Shown: positions 55,882-64,000 of the stretch, piece by piece
How the letters are laid out: each line of letters opens with the position of its first letter
Numbering within the stretch: the first letter of the stretch is position 1
Virus record (IMG/VR): IMGVR_UViG_3300045993_000425
Coordinates: 1-64,000 of that record
From: a virus
DNA length: 64,000 nucleotides
Strand: one strand, 5' to 3'
Notes under the pieces: generated by a model
What the model was told of the DNA's origin: nothing
Seen by the model: the letters and a program-made list of their open reading frames with translations, nothing else
Databases searched by the model: none
Position numbers and translations under genes: made by a program

Positions 55882-57507
55882 TTACAGCCCAGCGGCGCCA
55901 GGCGCCTTGGGTGGCTTGGGAGCCGGTGGTGTAGGGGTTGGGGGCTTCGGGGATGCAGAGGGCGGCTTGCTGGTGTTTGGTCCCTTGGGAAGGGCGGCTG
56001 GAGGCTTAGGAGCCATGCCTGGGGCTTTTGGAGCCATACCTGGGGCCTTGGGCTTGGAGCCAGGAAGCTCAAGCTTGGCAAGGAGCTTACCCTTGGCGAT
56101 TTGCCCGCCAGAGCCAGGAGCCTTGTGAGTCTTGATCTCACTGGCCTTCTCAGGTACTCCCTTACCTTCGCACTTGCAGTCTTCACAGCCACAGGTCTTG
56201 CAGCAGGAGGACTTCTTCAGGGTCGAGATGATCTGCTTCTCAGCCTTGCCGAGCCGACGCAGTGAGCCGCCATTGTTCTTGGTCGCGCTCCACCTCTTGG
56301 CAGCCTTCTCATTCGGCTCCATAGCCGATTTCTCGGTAGGGGCGATGGCTGACTTCTCCATCGAGAACTTGCTGCACTTCTCATTGTGCTTCCCATTGCC
56401 GCTGCACTCAGCGCACTTCTCTTCCTTGTGGATCTTGGAGTCGAGCCCGTGCTCCTTCACTGGTGCTGGCTTTACATTGCCATGCTGACCTGGGAGCTTG
56501 CCGTAGCTACCATGTTTGACCGGCTTTTCCTTGATAGGCTCGATCCCCTGGTGGGCTGGCTTCTCGGACTGCATCAACGGCTGCGTTCCACGCTTCCCAG
56601 CACAGTGGCGACAGGAGGGGGTCTGACAAGTCCAGCTAGCACTGCCAGAGCATCCCTGCTGGTGCTGGCCACGAAGCCCACAGCTCACACACTCTCGGTC
56701 AGCTAGAGGAACCTTACCGAGGATCTCATGCGGATGGAATGGATACGGACTGCCTACTGGAGCAGCCTCTACCTGCTGCTTGATCAACTTGAACATCTGT
56801 CCGCTACCCATGTTCTTCTCCAGACGGCCTGATTTAGCCAGTTCACGCTGTCGGAGTCCCAACAGCAGCTGGTGATATGTTTCCACGACTGACTTGAGAA
56901 CCTGCTGCGCCGCCCCAGCTGGGCTGACATCAGTCAAATGCTTGCCTAGTTCCTCTAGAGGGATGGCTGGGTTCTCAAAGTCGATATTGTACTTGAAGAA
57001 ACCATTGACACCAGCACTAGGTGGCATGACCGTGTAGTAGTCTTGAGGCTCGGTGTCGAACTTCTCGATGCCTTCAATGGGTGGAGTGCAGTGATTCTTC
57101 GCTGGGCCGTTCGTAAACACTAGGAAGTTCTTGCCATTCATGCGAACAGCAACCGACTCCTGGCCGAAACGCTCCCCAATTCTAGCGAGCTGCTCAATGC
57201 TAGCCCCATGCACGATCCAAGACTGCTCCGGTTTACCGTACTTGCCCCGAGTTGGCTCAATTTCAGTCAAACCCTCCTGAAGGAGAGCTCGACCCATAGC
57301 CTCATGGCCTGACTCAATCGGAGCCTGGGAACTAATAGGGTTCTCACCACTCAGAATCCCAACAGGACCAGGACCAAATACCCGAAAAGGATGATCCGAC
57401 TGACTAAATGGCTTGGCTACCGCTCCAGGCTCCTGGGGCGTCCCCTGCTCCTGACTAGGAGGAGGGAGAGTGTTCGGATGAAACGACTGAGTAGCGGAGT
57501 CGGCCAT
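55882..57507 (-). CDS. Probable internal virion protein with DUF3293-like N-terminal domain and repeated LxK(S/A) sites
   Basis: ILSGENP..GKYGKPEQSW..IGERFGQESV; VLKS, LAKS, MEKS, LGKA, LKKS; AATCTA at 57515-57519 supports ATG 57507. Confidence 0.65.
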   Translation of the reverse strand: MADSATQSFHPNTLPPPSQEQGTPQEPGAVAKPFSQSDHPFRVFGPGPVGILSGENPISSQAPIESGHEAMGRALLQEGLTEIEPTRGKYGKPEQSWIVHGASIEQLARIGERFGQESVAVRMNGKNFLVFTNGPAKNHCTPPIEGIEKFDTEPQDYYTVMPPSAGVNGFFKYNIDFENPAIPLEELGKHLTDVSPAGAAQQVLKSVVETYHQLLLGLRQRELAKSGRLEKNMGSGQMFKLIKQQVEAAPVGSPYPFHPHEILGKVPLADRECVSCGLRGQHQQGCSGSASWTCQTPSCRHCAGKRGTQPLMQSEKPAHQGIEPIKEKPVKHGSYGKLPGQHGNVKPAPVKEHGLDSKIHKEEKCAECSGNGKHNEKCSKFSMEKSAIAPTEKSAMEPNEKAAKRWSATKNNGGSLRRLGKAEKQIISTLKKSSCCKTCGCEDCKCEGKGVPEKASEIKTHKAPGSGGQIAKGKLLAKLELPGSKPKAPGMAPKAPGMAPKPPAALPKGPNTSKPPSASPKPPTPTPPAPKPPKAPGAAGL

Positions 57508-57526
57508 GTTTGGTAGATTACCGGCG

Positions 57527-58270
57527 TTAGAGGACGCCACTGAGGATGTCTTTGTTCATTAGCGTAGCGATGTCAGAGATCTGCGAGATGACTTGTTTGT
57601 TGGGTGCTGTCATAACAACCGCAGAAGGAGGCATATTGGCAATGATCTCGCTTGCTGTGCCCGATTTATCCAGAGCGTCATACCAAGTATGCCGCACCTT
57701 CCCTGTCAGGTTGAGAGAGCGAGTGTAAACCTGCTCCATCTCTACCCCTTCTACCTGAGTCAGGGGTCCCACTTGGAACGAACTCACCATGAATCCTCTC
57801 TGGTCCAAGTAGCGGAACTTCACTTGCATTAGGGAGTACATCATGATGCTGTACAGGAAGAGGCAGTACTCTACCTCGGAGTGGACAAAGCAGGCGATGG
57901 TGTACTGCTCGTTAGCTGTTACGCCGAACTTAGGCCTGAAACTGTTTGGGTCTACGATATCTGCCTGACTGATGCTGTCCCAATCGATGTCGCTTAGGGT
58001 TGACTCGCCTTCTGGAGCGGACCCGAGAGCGATGGCAATGCATGGCAGGTCTGCCTGTCCTACCTGTAGGCCTAGCCTGACCGAGATCTTGGTCTTGGTG
58101 AACCAATCCTTGCACTGCTTTAGGGTCTTGTCCCCATACTTGTCCTGCGTCAGAGGGTCGGATAGCAGCTCCTCGAGCATATTGTCGATCAAGTCTGGGT
58201 TTGACCTGACCTCGAGGAGCCCAGCTCGCACAGCTTCTCGAATAAGTAGGTCACTCTGGACGATTCCCAC
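57527..58270 (-). CDS. Neck / tail-completion protein
   Basis: LPCIAIAL..E, YTIACF, YTRSL; located upstream of the sheath. Confidence 0.6.
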   Translation of the reverse strand: MGIVQSDLLIREAVRAGLLEVRSNPDLIDNMLEELLSDPLTQDKYGDKTLKQCKDWFTKTKISVRLGLQVGQADLPCIAIALGSAPEGESTLSDIDWDSISQADIVDPNSFRPKFGVTANEQYTIACFVHSEVEYCLFLYSIMMYSLMQVKFRYLDQRGFMVSSFQVGPLTQVEGVEMEQVYTRSLNLTGKVRHTWYDALDKSGTASEIIANMPPSAVVMTAPNKQVISQISDIATLMNKDILSGVL

Positions 58271-58278
58271 AATGTCTC

Positions 58279-58593
58279 CTAAGCGTGGTCGACAACTTGA
58301 AGGTTGAAGATGTAGGTGTAAGCATCCTGAGTCGCAACATTCGCGACTCTCATGGCACCAAACAACAGCCCAGCAGAGGCGATGGTGTTCGATGGCAGAT
58401 GGACGACCGCATAGGTGGTGTCAGGCTGGGCGACTTGACCTGTAAGCTCAAGAACCGGTGTGACATCCGATACCTGCTGCCGTAGGGTGAGGGTCACGGT
58501 GAAGCCAGTTAGGGACAAGAAGGTTCCCCCGAGTACTCTGACTCGCATCCTGAATGTTCTACTGTCGTTTTTTGGCAGCTTTACTGTTGTCAT
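58279..58593 (-). CDS. Small Ig/BppU-like virion protein
   Basis: KNDSRTFR...LTGFTVTLTLR beta-rich pattern; AATCTA at 58602-58606. Confidence 0.55.
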   Translation of the reverse strand: MTTVKLPKNDSRTFRMRVRVLGGTFLSLTGFTVTLTLRQQVSDVTPVLELTGQVAQPDTTYAVVHLPSNTIASAGLLFGAMRVANVATQDAYTYIFNLQVVDHA

Positions 58594-58610
58594 AGGTTCC
58601 TAGATTGCCT

Positions 58611-61600
58611 TTAGCAGCCCTGGTTTGGGTCTTGCTTTACCTGCCAGACATCGTCATCCAGCTGCCTAATGAACGACTCATCTAGTAGGTCGAAGAGAAG
58701 CTCCTCGGTCCATCCAGAAGCAATGAAGAGAACATCCGTAGGCCTCCAAGGCTGCTGGTAGACCTGTAGGTCGGTGCGGCTAGCCCTCCCCATCGTCCCG
58801 ACAAACTGGACAAGTGCGCTGCCGCTACCGGATCGTCCAGAGAATCCGAATCCTCGGGGCTCAATAATGCCCGAGCGACCAGCAAAACTGCCCTGGAGGA
58901 TCGGCAAGCTGGGTAGAGTGGTCGAAGACCTAGCCGCCAGGGCATTCCCTACCAGACCCGATGCGGTAGTAGAGCGCACCTGCGTGCTGTAAGCCTCGAG
59001 TACAGTGGAGCCTGACCGACCCTGCTTGCCTGCAACCTGGGGCACGGCAATGGTGGACCTACCAGATGTCCTACTCAGGTTGACAGTCGTCGAGCTAGAC
59101 CTGAAGGAAGCGGTCGAGGCTCCAGGGAGCACTCGACCAGACCTGGCGGCTGTCCCTAGTAGTTGATCAATTGTGTGAGGTAACGTCACACCAGAGCGAC
59201 CAGAAATGGTTGGTTTGTCGACGTTCGCGATTCGCGAACTGCGAACGGCACCCTCAACGGCCTGGAGAACCGTTCCAGACCGACCAGCTAGCCGGATCGC
59301 ATCAGGAAGGACTGTTCCAGAGCGTGGATAGACCCCAGTGGCTTGTGGCTGGGTCGTGGAAGCTCGACGCAGGCTGGCTAGGTTCAGGAGAGAGGCTAGA
59401 CCAGAGCGGCCAGCCATCTTGACTGCCGTGGCCAGAGCGGAGGAGCTACGGCCAGCCATCTGGGTTGCGATCAGATTCGCTGTCCCAGACCTGCCTGGGG
59501 CACCTGATAGGTCTGGCAGAGCTCCACCAGACCGGCCCGACATCAAAACCTTCTGGAGCGATGAGGTAGCCGAGCGTGCGGTGGTCTGGGAGTGCCAAGG
59601 CAAGGCAGAGGCGAACCCGGCTCGACCGGAGATCTTTGTGGCCTCAGGAGTGACAGCCGCAGACCTGAGGGAGCTAGCTAACCTCTCTGGCGGGATGCCA
59701 GCCTCGACCTTACCAGACCGTGCATTCTGCCTCTGGGTGGCGATATTGATCCACTCAGACGTGGTCACCCCTCCAGCCTCGGCCTGGATCAGCATTCGAG
59801 AGGTGGTCTGAGCTGAAGCGGACCTCCTCGAGCCATAGCTAGTCGTCAGGTAGAGCTGAATGGTTGCGCTACCGAGCTGGGTCGTTGGGCCTTCACTGGT
59901 TGCCAGCAGGATGAAGCCTTGACGCAGAGCGGCAGAACCAGAGCGACCACCTAGAGTGATAGCCAGACCAGAGTCTAGGCCTACTACTGTGGCTACCGCT
60001 GGTACTGCACCGACCTCCTGCCGAAGAACCGTATCACTGGAAGAGATGGTTGCGGTGGCTGCAACGACACCCTGCTCTGGCTTGGTGATGGTGTCGGAGG
60101 CGATTGCAGTAGCGGTTGCGGGGGTCGAACCGAACTCCCCCAGCACCAGACCATCGCTACCTGCGACCTGGGGAACCCCTACAGCAGAGACGAGGTCAAC
60201 GAAGTGTCCTACATCGGTGCTGTTGACTACTGCCTGAGCTGCTACGGTCAGGGTGTCGCCAACGATCTTGTCGTCTACTCCGACGATAGTCGCAGTAGAT
60301 GAAGCACTCTCTGCACCAGCTAGGATAGCTAGGTCGACCCCAGTGGCCAGAGCGTCTACCGCGATGTAGTTTCGTTCGTTCCTGGTGACCTGCTCGACGA
60401 CCGAGATGTTCGCTGCTGCTCCGACCGTCTCAGAGCCTGAAAGGGTTGCGACCTCGGCGTTGCTGACACCTACCGTCGCTGCGTTGGTCGCTGTCTCTGC
60501 TTCAGAAAGAGCGTCGAGCGAAGCGGTGGCAGCCTGGGCACCAACCGCTCCAGCCTCGCCTAGAATCCGACTGTCGACCCCAGCGACCGAAACAGACGCG
60601 GCTTCTGTTCCAGAGTCTACAAAGTTGCCTACATCTAAGGCGACAGCGGTGAAGGTAGGAGCGGCTGAAGCGTGCTCGCCATAGCCGACGCTGCTGAAGT
60701 CATCAGCTACGGCCAGGAACGAGGCAGCATTGGTCCCGAACTCGTGCTCATCTAGCCTGTCGGGACCAGAAACTGAGGCCTGACCAGAGACAGTGCCCGA
60801 CTCAGCCCCAGAAATGGCCTCCAGGCCCACCAGACTGAACGTAGCGGCTGTGGTGCCTGTCTCGGTCAGGGCCGTCTGATCGATGCCGCTAGAGGCTCCT
60901 GAAGCCCCTACAGACCCAACATCGACTCCGACTAGGATATCTGACCCGGTCGGAGAGGTTGACGCAGCTACAGATGCCGTCTCGCCTCGCTGGCTGGCAT
61001 CGCTGGCTGCCTGGGATGAGACGGCAGAAACAGTTCCCGTCTCGATGAATCCCTTGATGTCCGTCGCAGAGACAGCAAAGGTAGCTGCGTCGGTGCCTGT
61101 TTCAGCCAGAGTCGTGGCATCTACAGCCGTCTGGTTCGAGGAGGCTGCTACCGATGCCGGCTCGGAGGAAACCTGCGCGTCCGTAGCTGCTGCTGTAGCT
61201 ACAGCCGAAACCGTTCCCGACTCAGGCAGGACCCTGTTATCGGTCGCTGCAATGGTGGCGGTCGCTGCGTCAGTTCCCGACTCGACCAGAGCTAGAGCGT
61301 CGGCAGCTGAAGTGGCCCCAGAGGCCGGTCCAGTTCCTGATTCTCCACCCACACCAGCGTCGGTCGCTGCCGTTGAGCCAGAAGCTGCTACCGTTCCCGA
61401 CTCACCCAGTACTCTAGAGTCAACTCCCGCTACCGAGACGGTTGCGGCATTAGTGCCGGTTTCGTTCTCGAGGTAGCTGTCAGAGGCGACCACAGCGACA
61501 GAGGCGGCATTGGTTCCAACTTCCACCTGAACAACTGCATCGACTCCAGTGACTACACCACCAGAGGCGAGAACCGTGCCGGTTTCGTTGAAGACCCCAG

Positions 61601-63569
61601 AGGTCGACTTGACATCAGTGCCTAGAGCCGTGACATCAGCAGCCTCTGTCCCGGCCTCGACCAGGGTCAGGCTGTCGGCCCCCGCGATAGACCCAGTGGC
61701 CCCATTTGTCCCAGTCTCTGGGAAGGTTCCCTGCTCACTCGTGGTGCTAGAGGCGACGGCTGCAACAGTTCCTGCCTCGGTCAGGACAAGCTGGTCGGAC
61801 GAGGAGGTCGCTGAAGTCCCAGATACTATCCCCGACTCAACAGAGACGAGAGCATCGGCTGTCGCCTGGCTGCTTGTCGCTGCTGTCGACCCTGACTCAG
61901 CAGCCACCAGGGCATCGGACCCTGAGATAGCCCCAGAGGCAGAGACCGTTCCAGCCTCGACAGCTACCAGGACATCTGTTCCAGAGACTACGCCACCAGA
62001 AGCAAGTACCGTACCTACTTCGTTGAATGCCCCAGCGGTAGATTTGGTGTCGGTCCCGAGAGCCGTGACATCAGCAGCCTCGGTCCCGGTTTCAGTCAGA
62101 ACCTCTGCATCGCTCGAGGAGATAGCTCCAGATGCCGAAATCGTCCCAGACTCAGAGAGCAGGAGAGTGTCGGATGAAGTGGTAGCTCCAGTAGCTGAAA
62201 CCGTCCCAGATTCAGGTAGAAGGAGGCTGTCAGCGGCTGATACAGTTCCAGAAGCAGCCGTGGTTCCTGTTTCGCCCTCGAGGACCGAGTCTAGGGTCGC
62301 TTGAGTAGAACTGGCTCCTGTGGATCCTGACTCTGCTGCCTGACCGGCATCGCTACCGGCTGTAGTCCAGGCAGCCGACACAGTGCCAGAATCAGCCCAA
62401 GCCAGAGCTTCAGCACCAGCTACGGCACCAGAGGCTGCTACTGTGCCTGTTTCGTTCTCGGTTAGGCTCTCAGATGACGCTACCGCAACTGTCGCGGCTG
62501 TAGTCCCTGACTCGGCACCCTGAAGGGCATCCGAGCCTACACCTGTCCCATCAGCTAGGACAGTGCCGGTTTCGTTGAAGACACCTCCCGCAGTCTTGGT
62601 GTCAGTTGCTCCAGGTGTCCCTACGCTTGCTGCTACGGTTCCTGTTTCCGCGTATGCAGAGGCATCGGTGCCAGCCGAGGAGGCAGAGCCACCTACAGTA
62701 GAGGTTTCTGCTCCGACCTGGGCATCGCTAGCTGCCGTCGCCCCAGAAGCGGCAACCGTCTCAGTTCCAGCATTGGCTGCTGCGTCAGTTGCGGCAGAGC
62801 TCGAGGAACCACCAACCGTTCCGCTTTCACCTTGCTGGCCTGCGTCCGAACTGGTTCCCGTATTGCTCGCAGCAACTGTCCCTGACTCGCCCCAGTTTGT
62901 TGAGTCAGAAGAAGCGGTTGCTGCTGTAGCTGAATCGGTTCCTGACTCAACGACAAGGAACGAGTCGCTACCGGCTACCGCACCAGTGGCGGCTGTTGTT
63001 CCTGACTCAGCCCACTGCAAGGCTTCAGAGCCGACAATGGTCGCAGAAGCCCCTACAGTTCCTGATTCTACCCGTAATGTGGCATCGTTGGCTGCTACCG
63101 TCGCGGCTGCTGCGACAGTCCCCGTCTCGACCTCTACGAAGATGTCTGTGGCCGCCACCGTAGCTGCGCCAGGGACTGTTCCTGACTCAGCGTCTAGGAT
63201 GGCATCGAGAGCACTAGCCGCAAAAGCTGCGCCAGTACTACCTGAATCTGACCCAACTAAGGCACCTGAGTCGGTGATCCCTGCTGTTGCGGCTACGGTC
63301 CCAGACTCGCCCCTTACAGAGGCATCGGTTCCAGCCGATGAGGCGGAACCAGCTACAGTCCCAGACTCAGCAATGATGAATTGGTCGCTACCTGCTACGG
63401 AAGCCGCTGCTGATGCGCTACCTGATTCGCCATAGACAACGGCATCAGACGCTGCAACAGAAGCTGTCGCCGCTACTGAGCCTGGCTCTGAGTAGTTAAC
63501 GCCACCGCCAGCTGTACCAGCTAGGATGACAGCGGTAAATATGCCGCTTCTTTTAGGAAAGAAAGCCAA
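58611..63569 (-). CDS. 1652-aa repetitive virion filament/fibre protein
   Basis: About 60 acidic 20-aa E(S/T)GT..A....(S/T)D repeats, then about 20 basic RSG/RSS repeats; TTG start after GAGGAGG; AATCT at 63588-63592. Confidence 0.8.
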   Translation of the reverse strand: MAFFPKRSGIFTAVILAGTAGGGVNYSEPGSVAATASVAASDAVVYGESGSASAAASVAGSDQFIIAESGTVAGSASSAGTDASVRGESGTVAATAGITDSGALVGSDSGSTGAAFAASALDAILDAESGTVPGAATVAATDIFVEVETGTVAAAATVAANDATLRVESGTVGASATIVGSEALQWAESGTTAATGAVAGSDSFLVVESGTDSATAATASSDSTNWGESGTVAASNTGTSSDAGQQGESGTVGGSSSSAATDAAANAGTETVAASGATAASDAQVGAETSTVGGSASSAGTDASAYAETGTVAASVGTPGATDTKTAGGVFNETGTVLADGTGVGSDALQGAESGTTAATVAVASSESLTENETGTVAASGAVAGAEALAWADSGTVSAAWTTAGSDAGQAAESGSTGASSTQATLDSVLEGETGTTAASGTVSAADSLLLPESGTVSATGATTSSDTLLLSESGTISASGAISSSDAEVLTETGTEAADVTALGTDTKSTAGAFNEVGTVLASGGVVSGTDVLVAVEAGTVSASGAISGSDALVAAESGSTAATSSQATADALVSVESGIVSGTSATSSSDQLVLTEAGTVAAVASSTTSEQGTFPETGTNGATGSIAGADSLTLVEAGTEAADVTALGTDVKSTSGVFNETGTVLASGGVVTGVDAVVQVEVGTNAASVAVVASDSYLENETGTNAATVSVAGVDSRVLGESGTVAASGSTAATDAGVGGESGTGPASGATSAADALALVESGTDAATATIAATDNRVLPESGTVSAVATAAATDAQVSSEPASVAASSNQTAVDATTLAETGTDAATFAVSATDIKGFIETGTVSAVSSQAASDASQRGETASVAASTSPTGSDILVGVDVGSVGASGASSGIDQTALTETGTTAATFSLVGLEAISGAESGTVSGQASVSGPDRLDEHEFGTNAASFLAVADDFSSVGYGEHASAAPTFTAVALDVGNFVDSGTEAASVSVAGVDSRILGEAGAVGAQAATASLDALSEAETATNAATVGVSNAEVATLSGSETVGAAANISVVEQVTRNERNYIAVDALATGVDLAILAGAESASSTATIVGVDDKIVGDTLTVAAQAVVNSTDVGHFVDLVSAVGVPQVAGSDGLVLGEFGSTPATATAIASDTITKPEQGVVAATATISSSDTVLRQEVGAVPAVATVVGLDSGLAITLGGRSGSAALRQGFILLATSEGPTTQLGSATIQLYLTTSYGSRRSASAQTTSRMLIQAEAGGVTTSEWINIATQRQNARSGKVEAGIPPERLASSLRSAAVTPEATKISGRAGFASALPWHSQTTARSATSSLQKVLMSGRSGGALPDLSGAPGRSGTANLIATQMAGRSSSALATAVKMAGRSGLASLLNLASLRRASTTQPQATGVYPRSGTVLPDAIRLAGRSGTVLQAVEGAVRSSRIANVDKPTISGRSGVTLPHTIDQLLGTAARSGRVLPGASTASFRSSSTTVNLSRTSGRSTIAVPQVAGKQGRSGSTVLEAYSTQVRSTTASGLVGNALAARSSTTLPSLPILQGSFAGRSGIIEPRGFGFSGRSGSGSALVQFVGTMGRASRTDLQVYQQPWRPTDVLFIASGWTEELLFDLLDESFIRQLDDDVWQVKQDPNQGC

Positions 63570-63599
63570 CCGTGCCTCCTCTCCGAAAGATTAGGCTGC

Positions 63600-63998
63600 T
63601 TACGGACCTGCTTTAATCTCAATGGCTACCGTAGCCCACGGGTTCGTCGTGGGTGCTGACAATCCGCCGACGACCGTACCTGCGCTGGTAGCGGGGGTTG
63701 TGACTGTTTCGCAGGCATACGTCCACTGACCCGTGTCTTGGTCGGTCACCAGCAGGGTATTGCTCGATTCCGCAGTAGGAGGAGCACCTGCGTTGTGGTA
63801 TTTTGTGACCGTCAAAACGACAGATCCCGCCGCACTGACCGGCGTAGATAGCGACATGGTTCCCGTGGTGCCATTCGCGGAGTTATAGTTACCAAGAGAT
63901 GTGCTTGCGTTGTCGAAGATGTAGACTGATCCTTCACCCTTGAATGAGCTTCCGAATGTGACAACTTCTGCCGTTAGCGGCGAGCCGCCTACTAGCGC
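63600..63998 (-). CDS. Virion-associated beta-rich protein (5'-truncated by window edge)
   Basis: Frame open to the window end; ends WATVAIEIKAGP. Confidence 0.65.
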   Translation of the reverse strand, partial: ALVGGSPLTAEVVTFGSSFKGEGSVYIFDNASTSLGNYNSANGTTGTMSLSTPVSAAGSVVLTVTKYHNAGAPPTAESSNTLLVTDQDTGQWTYACETVTTPATSAGTVVGGLSAPTTNPWATVAIEIKAGP

Positions 63999-64000
63999 GG

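Noticed and set aside
24820-58270. Extracellular contractile injection system or tailocin
   Set aside because: Contiguous with a full phage replication module and interleaved early genes
58611-63569. CRISPR-like array from the 60-bp periodicity
   Set aside because: Repeats are degenerate at synonymous positions and lie in one open reading frame

Overview
64 kb internal segment of a large lytic-type myovirus (jumbo-phage-like; standard genetic code; GC-rich, roughly high-50s % by eye). No portal, terminase, major capsid, integrase, tRNA or CRISPR array is visible here. 1-24.8 kb (+ strand) is a T4-style replication, recombination and nucleotide module built on a bacterial-type DnaE. It holds GroEL, Rad50/gp46 ATPase, EndoVII-family nuclease, class II RNR with a mini-intein, dUTPase, metallophosphoesterase, gp32-like SSB, UvsY-like, RecA/UvsX, primase, helicase, ClpP, 5'-3' exonuclease and dNMP kinase. 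24.8-64 kb (mostly - strand) is lysis plus contractile-tail morphogenesis: GH108 endolysin, fibre, baseplate with Kelch propeller, hub, spike, tape measure, chaperones, tube, sheath, neck and a 1652-aa repeat protein. It is interrupted by a + strand early island (47.4-53.5 kb) with an RNA ligase and a cyclic-phosphate receiver domain. The most striking signal is an apparently self-contained transcription take-over programme. There are three promoter classes: host sigma70-type (often leaderless), a CTTTGTGCTT box before replication genes, and an AATCT(A/T) element before nearly every structural transcription unit. Alongside them are a divergent sigma-domain-2-like protein with an anti-sigma HxxxCxxC tail, a stand-alone sigma-4-like HTH and a Gre-like factor with altered catalytic residues. 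All assignments are by eye from motifs; no database searches were run.
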